Source: Candidatus Eiseniibacteriota bacterium
GTDB lineage: Bacteria; Eisenbacteria; RBG-16-71-46
Reading direction: 5' to 3'
Assembly: GCA_031370785.1 (NCBI GenBank)
Contig: JANMQY010000128.1
Coordinates: 1 to 12,577 of the forward strand
DNA: 12,577 nt
A program made the translations under genes and the position numbers. Positions 5,199-12,577 of this stretch are shown in pieces. Below the pieces are notes generated by a model. The model was not told the DNA's origin, ran no database searches, and worked only from the letters and a program-made list of their open reading frames with translations. How positions within the stretch are numbered: position 1 is the stretch's first letter; every line of letters starts with the position of its first letter.

Positions 5199-8100
5199 AT
5201 GCTGACCGGCATCGTCGAGTTCTCACTCCGCTTTCGCGGAGTAGTCATCGCGCTCGCCGCAGCCATCGCCGGCTACGGAATCTACGTGGCGCTGCACGCC
5301 AAGCTTGATGTCTTTCCCGAGTTTGCGCCGCCGCTGGTGGTTGTTATGACCGAGGCTCCGGGCCTCTCACCCCCTGAGGTCGAGGCGCTGGTGACCGTGC
5401 CGGTCGAGAACGCGGTCAATGGCGTGCCGGGCTTGGAATCGATGCGCTCGCAGTCGATCCAGGGCGTCTCGGTGGTGACGGCGGTGTTCCAGCCATCGAC
5501 CGATCTGTTCCGCGCGCGTCAGATGGTGGGTGAACGATTGAGCGAAACTGCCGGCCGGTTGCCGATTGGAGTTGCGGCTCCCGCGATTGCGCCGTTGACC
5601 TCGTCCACCAGCGTGATCCTCGCGGTTGGGCTCACCTCGACCAAGCGATCGGCGATGGACGTGCGGAGCTTCGCCGATTGGGTCCTGCGGCCCCGTTTGC
5701 TGGGCGTGCCGGGGGTGGCCAAGGTCGCGATCTTTGGCGGCGAAGTGCGCCAGCTTCAGATCCAAGTGGACCCCGACCGGCTTACGAGCTATGGCCTGGC
5801 ATTGGACGATGTCCTCGCCGCCGCACGTAACGCTACCGGCGTGCGCGGCGCCGGATTCGTCGAGAACAACAATCAGCGAATCGTGCTGCGCACCGAAGGC
5901 CAAACCCTGACACCCGAAGCGCTGGGTGGAGTCGTCGTAGCGCATCACCAAGGGGTGAGCGTGCGGCTGAAGGACGTCGCGCGCGTCACGAACGCCGCCG
6001 CCCCTCGACTCGGCGATGCGGCCATCATGGGCGAGCCGGGCGTCGTGCTCGTCGTCTCGAGCCAGTACGGCGCGAACACCATGCGCGTGACGCAGGCCGT
6101 GGAGGCCGCCCTCCGGGAGCTTCAACCCAGTCTCGTGAGCGAACAGCTGACGCTCCATCCAGGCCTGTTTCGGCCGGCGAACTTCATCACCACCGCGACC
6201 GACAACGTGCGTGCGTCGCTCTTGCAAGGGGCGGTGCTGGTTTCCATCGTACTGCTGCTGTTCCTCTTCAATGTCCGCACCGCGTTCATCTCGCTCACGG
6301 CCATACCGCTCTCGCTCCTCGTGGCCGTCATTGGTCTCGATCGGATGGGGCTCAGCCTCAACACGCTCACGCTTGGCGGCCTTGCGATCGCCATAGGCGC
6401 CGTCGTGGACGACGCGATCATCGACGTCGAGAATATCTTTCGCCGGGTGCGCGAAGGCGGCGTCGGCACCAGCTCGACCGCGCACTTCCGCGTCGTGCGC
6501 GACGCGTCGATCGAAGTGCGAAGCGCCGTCGTATACGCCACCTTCATCGTGGCTCTGGTGTTCCTGCCGGTCCTCGCCATGTCGGGGGTGCAAGGACGCC
6601 TTTTCGCGCCGCTCGCGATCGCCTACATCTTGGCGATCCTCGCCTCGCTCATCGTGGCGCTCACCCTCATACCGGCATTGTGCATAGCGTTACTGCCATC
6701 GAGCGTGGTGCCGGAGGTCGAGCCGCCGCTCCTGCGGGTCCTCAAGCACCACTATGCGGCGCTGTTGTCGGCGATCAGCGCACGCCGACGTGCGGTGCTG
6801 GTAGTCGTTGGCGCCTTGTGCCTGGCCGCGGGCGCAATCGTCCCGTTCCTTGGCGGCTCATTCCTCCCGGAACTCCGCGAGGGGCACTTCATCATCCATA
6901 TGTCGGCAGTGCCCGGGACGTCGATCGAGGAGTCGATGCGTTTGGGAGGCGCCGTAACGCACGAGCTGCTCCGCAATCGACACATCCGCTCGGTGGCGCA
7001 GCGAGTGGGGCGTGCTGAGAAGTCGGACGACACCTGGGGCACGCACTACAGTGAGTTCGACGTCGACTTGAAGGGGCTGTCCGCCAAGGAGGCGGAGCAC
7101 GTCCCGGAGGAGATCGGCGAGGCGCTGGCCAAGATTCCTGGCGCGAGCTTTGCCGTCAAGCCATTCCTCACGGAACGCATCGAAGAGACCCTGTCGGGCG
7201 TCACCGCACAGGTCGCTATCAAGCTCTTCGGGGACAAGCTTGATGAGCTGGACGCAAAGGCCCACGAAGTCGCTCGCGTACTGGCGGAGACGCCCGGTTC
7301 GGCTGACGTAACCGTCGAGGCGCAACCCACCGTACCCGAGATCACGATCCGGTTGCGGCCCGATCGGCTCACGCAACTCGGTTTCCAGCCGGTCCAAGTG
7401 CTCGAAGCGGTCGAGGCCGCCTATCAAGGCGCTATTGTGGCCCAGACGTACCAGGGCACGAGGGTAACCGACGTGAGTGTGATTCTCGCCCCAGGCGGGC
7501 GCGAGCCCGAGAATATCGGCGCGCTCCTGCTGCGCAACTCAGAAGGTGCGGGGTTTCCGCTGCGCGAGCTGGCCGACATCGAGGCGACGACTGGATGGTA
7601 TGCGATCCTCCATGAGGACGGGCGCCGCCGCGTGCTCGCGACCTGCAACGTGCACGGGCGCGATGTGGAGTCCTTCGTCGCTGAGGCCCGGCGTCGGGTC
7701 GCCCGGGAAGTCCTCATGCCGGCTGGTGTGTACTCGGTCTTCAGCGGCGCGGCCGAAGCTCAGGCTGTGGCCCGCCGGGAGATCCTGCTCTACTCGTTGC
7801 TCGCCGGCGTCGGGATCGTGCTGCTCCTGGCAATCGTATTCCGGAGTGGGCGGAACCTGGCACTTGTGCTAGCGAATCTGCCGTTCGCGTTGGTCGGTGG
7901 CGTGCTTGCTGTGTTTCTCACCGGCGGCTGGCTCTCTGTCGGTTCACTGGTCGGTTTCGTCACGCTGTTCGGCATCAGCACCCGTAACTCGATCATGCTC
8001 ATCTCGCACTACGATCACATCGTGGCGCACGAGGGCATGGCCTGGGGACCAGACGCGGCGCTCCGCGGGGCGGCTGAGCGCTTCGCACCGATCGTGATGA

Positions 8101-8294
8101 CCGCACTGGTCACCGCGCTGGGGCTGCTGCCGCTCGCCATTGGCAGCGGAGCGCCAGGGCGAGAGATTGAGGGTCCGATGGCGATTGTCATCCTCGGTGG
8201 GCTCGTGACGTCCACGCTGCTCAACCTCCTCGTGCTGCCGACCCTGGCGCTCAGGTTCGGGCGATTTGAACACTCTGGGGTCACCGAGCGGTGA
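5199..8294 (+). CDS. CusA/CzcA-like (heavy-metal efflux) RND permease, 1031 aa
   Basis: LDVFPEFAPPLVVVMTEAPGLSP; TM4 LGGLAIAIGAVVDDAIIDVENI; ERFAPIVMTALVTALGLLPLA; 12-TM RND layout. Confidence 0.93.
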   Translation: MLTGIVEFSLRFRGVVIALAAAIAGYGIYVALHAKLDVFPEFAPPLVVVMTEAPGLSPPEVEALVTVPVENAVNGVPGLESMRSQSIQGVSVVTAVFQPSTDLFRARQMVGERLSETAGRLPIGVAAPAIAPLTSSTSVILAVGLTSTKRSAMDVRSFADWVLRPRLLGVPGVAKVAIFGGEVRQLQIQVDPDRLTSYGLALDDVLAAARNATGVRGAGFVENNNQRIVLRTEGQTLTPEALGGVVVAHHQGVSVRLKDVARVTNAAAPRLGDAAIMGEPGVVLVVSSQYGANTMRVTQAVEAALRELQPSLVSEQLTLHPGLFRPANFITTATDNVRASLLQGAVLVSIVLLLFLFNVRTAFISLTAIPLSLLVAVIGLDRMGLSLNTLTLGGLAIAIGAVVDDAIIDVENIFRRVREGGVGTSSTAHFRVVRDASIEVRSAVVYATFIVALVFLPVLAMSGVQGRLFAPLAIAYILAILASLIVALTLIPALCIALLPSSVVPEVEPPLLRVLKHHYAALLSAISARRRAVLVVVGALCLAAGAIVPFLGGSFLPELREGHFIIHMSAVPGTSIEESMRLGGAVTHELLRNRHIRSVAQRVGRAEKSDDTWGTHYSEFDVDLKGLSAKEAEHVPEEIGEALAKIPGASFAVKPFLTERIEETLSGVTAQVAIKLFGDKLDELDAKAHEVARVLAETPGSADVTVEAQPTVPEITIRLRPDRLTQLGFQPVQVLEAVEAAYQGAIVAQTYQGTRVTDVSVILAPGGREPENIGALLLRNSEGAGFPLRELADIEATTGWYAILHEDGRRRVLATCNVHGRDVESFVAEARRRVAREVLMPAGVYSVFSGAAEAQAVARREILLYSLLAGVGIVLLLAIVFRSGRNLALVLANLPFALVGGVLAVFLTGGWLSVGSLVGFVTLFGISTRNSIMLISHYDHIVAHEGMAWGPDAALRGAAERFAPIVMTALVTALGLLPLAIGSGAPGREIEGPMAIVILGGLVTSTLLNLLVLPTLALRFGRFEHSGVTER

Positions 8295-8358
8295 TCCGTA
8301 CCAAGTGACAGGCGAACTCTACTCAGAATGAAATTGCTCATGACCTCTGGTGCCATGG

Positions 8359-8484
8359 TCTCTACGCGCGGTTTGGCAGACCTCCATGTATGCGGTGGTC
8401 GACGGGGCACTAGCCGGACTGACCGGGGTCGCCGACCCGATCAAGGCCACGACATTGGACGCCATTCCGGATCTCCACGGCGAC
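8359..8484 (+). pseudogene. internal fragment of a P1B-type (CopA-like) heavy-metal ATPase
   Basis: A frame not in the ORF track reads SLRAVWQTSMYAVVDGALAGLTGVADPIKATTLDAIPDLHGD, matching the CopA-type 'LRxxGQTVMxVAVDGxLAGLxGVADPIKxTTxEAIxxLH' segment. It is bounded by stops at 8341 and 8506. Confidence 0.7.
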
Positions 8485-8557
8485 CGTACTGGACGGTTGC
8501 CGACGTAGAAGAGGGACAGTTAGGGCGCATTGGACCGGCGTCGAACCTTCAACCAAC

Positions 8558-8585
8558 TGGACTGGACTATCCTTCCTGCTAAGCT
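8558..8585 (+). promoter_or_regulatory. putative promoter for the riboswitch-crcB transcript
   Basis: TGGACT-16 bp-TAAGCT with an extended -10 TG, 13 nt upstream of the aptamer. Confidence 0.45.
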
Positions 8586-8598
8586 CTGGTCGCAAGAA

Positions 8599-8648
8599 GG
8601 CGATGGAGTTCGCCTGAACCGCCCGGCCCCCGGGCTGATGACTCCTAC
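8599..8648 (+). ncRNA. fluoride riboswitch (crcB motif)
   Basis: GGCGATGGAGTTCGCC-TGAACC-GCCCGG...CGGGC-TGATGACTCCTAC matches the consensus, including GGAGT/ACTCC pseudoknot pairing, and lies directly upstream of crcB. Confidence 0.95.
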
Positions 8649-8676
8649 CGAGTTCGGTGGGGGTCATTTCGTTTTT
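8638..8676 (+). terminator. riboswitch expression-platform intrinsic terminator
   Basis: ATGACTCCTACCGA pairs with TCGGTGGGGGTCAT, followed by TTCGTTTTT. The 5' arm is the aptamer 3' end, so the two structures are mutually exclusive. Confidence 0.85.
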
Positions 8677-8690
8677 CGGCGGGAGGTGAG

Positions 8691-9068
8691 ATGGAGAAGA
8701 TTCTGCTCGTCGGCCTTGGCGGCTTTCTGGGCTCGATCATGCGATACGGCGTCGGCGGACTAGTCGGTCGCCTTAAGGCAGGCTCGACGTTTCCGCTGGA
8801 GACGCTGCTTATCAACGTGGCCGGCTGTCTGGTGCTTGGGCTCTTGGCGGGTCTCAGTGAGTCACGAGGCGTCTTCTCCGCAACGACGCGGGCCTTTCTG
8901 TTCATCGGACTCTTGGGCGGGTTCACGACGTTTTCGACTTTTGGCTACGAGACGTTCCAGCTTTTGCGCGGTGGTCAATGGACCTCGGCGGCACTCTCGA
9001 CAACGCTACAGTTCGTTCTCGGGATCGGCGGTGTTTGGGCTGGCCACGCCCTGGCGCGGCTAGCGTGA
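8691..9068 (+). CDS. crcB: fluoride efflux channel FluC/CrcB
   Basis: GGAGG RBS; GGFLGSIMRY, FPLETLLINVAGC and GLLGGFTTFSTF motifs; 125 aa. Confidence 0.96.
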   Translation: MEKILLVGLGGFLGSIMRYGVGGLVGRLKAGSTFPLETLLINVAGCLVLGLLAGLSESRGVFSATTRAFLFIGLLGGFTTFSTFGYETFQLLRGGQWTSAALSTTLQFVLGIGGVWAGHALARLA

Positions 9069-9076
9069 GGTAAATC

Positions 9077-9425
9077 ATGACCATTCCAGAAGACGGGTAC
9101 CTGTTGAGGGTTTTCGTGGGGGAGAGCGACAAGCATGAGGGGAAGCCTCTCTACGAATGGCTCGTGCTGAAGGCCCGTGAAGCTGGTTTGGCGGGTGCCA
9201 CCGTCCTCCGGGGCATTGAAGGCTTTGGTGCGCACAGCCGGCTGCACACCGCGAAGATCCTGCGCCTCTCGGAAGATCTGCCGATCGTCGTGGAGATCGT
9301 CGACTCCCGGGAGAGGATTGAGGCCTTCATGCCCACTGTGGACCACGCGATCACGGAAGGGCTCGCGACGCTCGAGCGGGTCACCCGTGCGCTTCTACCG
9401 CGCCGGCTCCAAGGACAACTCATAA
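9077..9425 (+). pseudogene. DUF190 (PII-like) protein with an apparent +1 frameshift near the 3' end (or a sequencing error)
   Basis: LLRVFVGESDKHEGKPLYEWLV...AGATVLRGIEGFG...LSEDLPIVVEIVD. Removing one C from CCC at 9384-9386 gives the family-like end LERVTVRFYRAGSKDNS* (115 aa). Confidence 0.75.
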
Positions 9426-9576
9426 TCTTCCACAATGCGACCGCTGCCGTCGCAGAACGCCACTCGTCGGGCTGGCCCCGCCCTCTCCCCAAGGAGGCCA
9501 CGAGTACGAGCTTCTCCGCGCCATCGTCCTAGTCTCATAGAAACGCAGCCGTCAGCCGTGTCCCCCAGGAGACTCC

Positions 9577-10374
9577 GTGATCCAGAAGCGATCTTGGGCC
9601 GCCTTTGCCACCGGAGCAGGTGTCGGCACACTGGGAGGCTTGATCGGACTTGGCGGCGCTGAGTTTCGCCTGCCGTTGCTACTCGGTATTTTCGGATTTG
9701 CTCCCCTCGAAGCAGTCATCCTCAACAAGGCGATGAGCTTGATCGTCGTGGCGTCCGCGCTCCCATTCCGGGCGGCGACAGTGCCAATGTCTGCCGTGGT
9801 TCATGCTTGGCCAGTCATCGCGAATCTCCTGGCTGGTAGCCTCGTCGGAGCTTGGCTTGGGGCGGGGTTCGCGGTCCGGATCGAGGCCGCCACACTGCGA
9901 CGCATCATCGCCGGCTTGCTCGTAGCGATTGCCCTGGTCCTGCTCTTCGCGCACAACCCGTCCGGACAACGCTTCGCCGTATTAGGTGGTGGGCTTCTGT
10001 TCGGAGTCGGACTCATTGCTGGCTTCGGCATCGGTGCCGTGGCGGCACTGCTGGGCGTCGCCGGGGGAGAGCTCTTAATTCCGACACTCGTTCTGCTCTT
10101 CGGCGTCGACATCAAACTGGCGGGCAGCCTCTCGCTCGCGATCAGTCTTCCAACCATGGTGGTGGCATTTGCGCGATACAGCCAAGATCAGAGCTTCGTC
10201 GTGCTCCGCAGGAATCGTGCGTTCGTCTTCACCCTGGCCGCAGGGTCCGTGTTGGGGACCTTCATCGGTGGCCGCCTGTTAGGGATGGTGCCCTCGGGCT
10301 TGCTCCTGCCGATCTTGAGCGTGATCCTGCTCGTTTCAGCCTTCAAGACTTGGCGGCACTCACCCAGGCCTTGA
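9577..10374 (+). CDS. TauE/SafE (TSUP) family sulfite/anion exporter
   Basis: AGGAG RBS and GTG start; duplicated motifs GGLIGLGGAEFRLP and LLGVAGGELLIP; about 8 hydrophobic segments. Confidence 0.9.
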   Translation: MIQKRSWAAFATGAGVGTLGGLIGLGGAEFRLPLLLGIFGFAPLEAVILNKAMSLIVVASALPFRAATVPMSAVVHAWPVIANLLAGSLVGAWLGAGFAVRIEAATLRRIIAGLLVAIALVLLFAHNPSGQRFAVLGGGLLFGVGLIAGFGIGAVAALLGVAGGELLIPTLVLLFGVDIKLAGSLSLAISLPTMVVAFARYSQDQSFVVLRRNRAFVFTLAAGSVLGTFIGGRLLGMVPSGLLLPILSVILLVSAFKTWRHSPRP

Positions 10375-10400
10375 CGCATCAAGAACCGCTGATGTATCTC
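10371..10400 (+). promoter_or_regulatory. ars promoter with ArsR operator; probably leaderless
   Basis: -35 TTGACG overlapping the tauE stop; dyad CATCA-N8-TGATG (ATCAA-N6-CTGAT); weak -10 TATCTC; ATG 7 nt later with no RBS. Confidence 0.6.
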
Positions 10401-10407
10401 TGTCCGC

Positions 10408-10728
10408 ATGGCTCCCGCAACGCGGTCCTCGAGCGAACTGGCCAGCCAGTTCCACGCGCTCTCCGACGAGACGCGGGTGCGAATCGTGGACCTCCTTCGT
10501 GGCGGCGAGCACTGCGTCTGCGAGTTGACCGAGGCGCTCGACTTGTCGCAGCCGCTGCTCTCGTTCCACCTCAAGTCGCTCAAAGATGCTGGGCTCGTGC
10601 GCGACCGCCGGGAGGGGCGCTGGGCGTACTACGCTCTCAGTGTCGAGGCGATCGATGCGCTTGGGGGATTCATCCGCGATTTGGCGAAGTCGCCGCGACG
10701 TGGCAAGAACGTTCGCTGCTGCGATTGA
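10408..10728 (+). CDS. arsR: ArsR/SmtB family metalloregulator
   Basis: FHALSDETRVRIVDLL, GEHCVCEL (alpha3 As(III) site), SQPLLSFHLKSLKDAGLV, and C-terminal vicinal CC. Confidence 0.92.
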   Translation: MAPATRSSSELASQFHALSDETRVRIVDLLRGGEHCVCELTEALDLSQPLLSFHLKSLKDAGLVRDRREGRWAYYALSVEAIDALGGFIRDLAKSPRRGKNVRCCD

Positions 10729-10736
10729 GCGCGCGC

Positions 10737-11480
10737 ATGACCTTCTCCCTCTCGAAGCGCGCGGCGGCGGAAGGAATCGGTACAGCACTTCTGCTCGCGA
10801 CCGTCGTCGGTTCCGGGATCATGGCTGAGCGCCTGGCCGGCGGGAACGCTGCCATCGCGCTCCTCGCCAACACGCTCGCTACCGGTGCTGGGCTCGCCGC
10901 CCTCATTCTCACTTTCGGCCCGATCTCCGGTGCGCATTTCAATCCCGCGGTGACGCTCGCGTCCGCCTCGCAGCACGGATTGGCATGGCGGGACGTGCCG
11001 GTCTACTTGGCCGCGCAGTTTAGCGGCGCGTTCGCGGGAGTGTTGGCTGCGCACCTCATGTTCAGCATGCCGCTCTTGTCTCTCTCGCACCATGCGCGAT
11101 CTGGGAGCGGGCAGTTCTTCAGCGAAGTTGTCGCCACTTTTGGTCTGCTCGCGGTCATCTGGGGTTGCTCCCGGTACCGCGCGCCTGCCGTTCCGTTCGC
11201 CGTCGGCGCCTACATCACGGCTGCCTATTGGTTCACGGCCTCGACTTCGTTCGCGAATCCCGCCGTCACGCTCGCCCGCTCGGTCACGGACACCTTCGCC
11301 GGGATTCGGCCCATGGACGTGCCGGGCTTCATCGGTGCGCAGTTGGTGGGCGCCGCTGCAGCCACGATTCTCTTCCGGTGGCTCGGACCAGCTCGGAAGG
11401 AGGAGAGCGATGAAATACGCGTTGATCTCGGACATCCACGCCAATCTACCGGCGTTGGAAGCCGTGCTGCAGGACATTGA
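10737..11480 (+). CDS. MIP family aquaporin, AqpS-like arsenite channel
   Basis: Probable ATG at 10737; two NPA motifs (SGAHFNPAVT, FTASTSFANPAVT); directly follows arsR. Confidence 0.9.
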   Translation: MTFSLSKRAAAEGIGTALLLATVVGSGIMAERLAGGNAAIALLANTLATGAGLAALILTFGPISGAHFNPAVTLASASQHGLAWRDVPVYLAAQFSGAFAGVLAAHLMFSMPLLSLSHHARSGSGQFFSEVVATFGLLAVIWGCSRYRAPAVPFAVGAYITAAYWFTASTSFANPAVTLARSVTDTFAGIRPMDVPGFIGAQLVGAAAATILFRWLGPARKEESDEIRVDLGHPRQSTGVGSRAAGH

Positions 11481-12213
11481 CGGCCGAGCAGATGTAGCGG
11501 CCACGTATCATCTCGGCGATCTTGTCGGTTACTCGCCATGGCCTAACGAGGTAGTTGATCTACTGCGCCAGCGCGCGATGGCCGGGATCGCCGGCAACTA
11601 CGACTCGACGACCGGCACCGACTACAAGCATTGCGGCTGTAAGTACGAGAACCCTGAGCAAGAGGCGCTCTCACACCTCAGCTATGAGTGGACCCGCGCG
11701 CATGTCTCGCCGGAGACGAAGCGCTATCTCGCCGGGCTGCCGTTCCGGCTCGATCTCTGGCCGCTCGGTGGCCATATTTCCGGGGGGCCACGAGTCATCC
11801 TCGTCCACGGATCACCGATGCTGAACACCCTCTACTGGACCGAGGATCGGCCCGATTCATTCTGCACACAGATGGCTGGCATTGCCGGGGCGAAACCCGG
11901 TGACGTGATTGCGTTCGGCCACACGCACAAGCCATGGCACCGTGTCGTGGAGGGCGTGCACTTCCTCAACACCGGCTCGGTAGGCAAGCCGAAAGATGGT
12001 CACTGGCGAGCCGGGTACGTCCTCCTGTCGATCGGGGAGGGCGATCCGAAGCCGGAGTTCATTCGGGTCGATTACGACATCGAGCGAACCATGATGGCCA
12101 TCCAGTCGAGCGACCTGCCGGATGAGTTTGCGGAGCAGCTCCGCACCGGCGGCGTGCCGGGATCGCCGCAGGAGTACCAGACAGTTGGGGAGAACGGCGA
12201 ACAAGGTCCGTAG
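11410..12213 (+). CDS. calcineurin-like metallophosphoesterase family protein
   Basis: AGGAGGAG RBS, ATG 11410; motifs SDIHAN, GDLVGY, GNYD, HGSP, GHTH and NTGSVG, plus an HCGC insert. Confidence 0.9.
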   Translation: MKYALISDIHANLPALEAVLQDIDGRADVAATYHLGDLVGYSPWPNEVVDLLRQRAMAGIAGNYDSTTGTDYKHCGCKYENPEQEALSHLSYEWTRAHVSPETKRYLAGLPFRLDLWPLGGHISGGPRVILVHGSPMLNTLYWTEDRPDSFCTQMAGIAGAKPGDVIAFGHTHKPWHRVVEGVHFLNTGSVGKPKDGHWRAGYVLLSIGEGDPKPEFIRVDYDIERTMMAIQSSDLPDEFAEQLRTGGVPGSPQEYQTVGENGEQGP

Positions 12214-12223
12214 GAGAGACCAC

Positions 12224-12325
12224 ATGGAACGCCCATGCGTGCTGTTCTTGTGCGCCCACAACGCGGCGCGAAGCCACATCCAGAGCATCCACACAGAGGA
12301 GGAAGGGCAGAGCGCCATCCAATAG
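12224..12325 (+). pseudogene. arsC: truncated arsenate reductase ArsC (LMW-PTP type) fused to an unrelated tail
   Basis: AGGAG RBS; MERPCVLFLCAHNAARSHI contains the CX5R P-loop, then similarity stops and the frame ends after 33 aa. Confidence 0.8.
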
Positions 12326-12326
12326 A

Positions 12327-12437
12327 ATGCACGTACACAGCGACGGACATACTCACTCGCACGCACCCGCGAGTCGCTCGCGTGCTTTTGCCCTCGGCAT
12401 GGCGCTCAACGTCGCCTTCATCGCGGCCGAGGTCATC
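12327..12437 (+). pseudogene. 5' fragment of a cation diffusion facilitator (CzcD-like), interrupted by an IS
   Basis: MHVHSDGHTHSHAPASRSRAFALGMALNVAFIAAEVI is a His-rich N-terminus plus TM1 of a CDF transporter. Similarity ends just before the IS end, and the frame stops at 12488. Confidence 0.75.
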
Positions 12438-12444
12438 CCCTCTC

Positions 12445-12577
12445 TGCCAACGTGCGTGAGACACCGATCCCCCGGAAGTTTAGTGTAGAGGGCGAGTCGG
12501 GAAACGAAGATGTCGACCAGCCTGGAGGCCCCGCGGATGGCGGTGGAGACCGAGGTGGTGGCGAAGGCGGCGCGGCG
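12445..12577 (+). mobile_element. probable IS (IS3-family-like) left end, running off the window to the right; boundary uncertain (12438-12457)
   Basis: Abrupt truncation of the CDF gene, a candidate end TGCCAACGTGCGTGAGACACC, and a downstream OrfA-like start. Confidence 0.6.
12510..12577 (+). CDS. probable transposase OrfA N-terminus (partial)
   Basis: MSTSLEAPRMAVETEVVAKAAR... resembles the 'EVxxKAxRRxFTAEYK' starts of some IS3-like OrfAs. Only 22 full codons are visible. Confidence 0.55.
   Translation, partial: MSTSLEAPRMAVETEVVAKAAR

Noticed and set aside
5367..6593. 408-aa antisense ORF and similar shadow ORFs
   Set aside because: Typical GC-rich antisense artefacts of the RND and other genes.
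8328..8582. 84-aa ORF between the RND gene and the riboswitch
   Set aside because: No motif; the recognisable coding signal is the ATPase relic in another frame.
9852..10736. 542-aa ORF as a large aquaporin fusion
   Set aside because: The upstream part is an alternative frame over tauE and arsR; MIP similarity starts at 10737.
10717..10740. Sec readthrough at the arsR stop (CCD-TGA)
   Set aside because: ArsR is already normal length, another in-frame TGA follows four codons later, and I saw no convincing SECIS-like hairpin.
1..12577. Composite transposon formed by the two flanking ISs
   Set aside because: The two ends and OrfA starts are dissimilar, so they are different elements.

Overview
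GC-rich bacterial accessory region, probably from a diderm (RND system, predicted outer-membrane barrel). It is a metal/metalloid/fluoride resistance cluster bounded by two outward-reading IS left ends. Left to right: an IS3-family left end; an attR-like scar (tRNA-Glu 3' fragment, IHF-like site, three 11-bp arm-type repeats); a minus-strand operon behind a mer-type operator (MerR with Cys82/117/126, a 36-aa CPGKCPLCP peptide missing from the ORF track, an exported HMA-thioredoxin fusion, and a beta-barrel-like protein); a BlaI/CopY + M56 peptidase + RND adaptor + heavy-metal RND permease operon; a P1B-ATPase relic; a fluoride riboswitch with crcB and a frameshifted DUF190; TauE/SafE; an ars operon (arsR, AqpS-like aquaporin, metallophosphoesterase, truncated arsC); a truncated czcD-like gene; and a second IS. 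Main finding: the barrel gene extends upstream to a GTG overlapping the previous stop and reads signal peptide-TGA-Ala-Gly-TGA-SNPNLP, followed by a hairpin resembling the E. coli fdhF SECIS. This predicts an exported selenoprotein with a UxxU motif under MerR control, with no merA/T/P in the window: a candidate selenium-based Hg/soft-metal capture system. All calls come from reading the sequence by eye; no searches were run.
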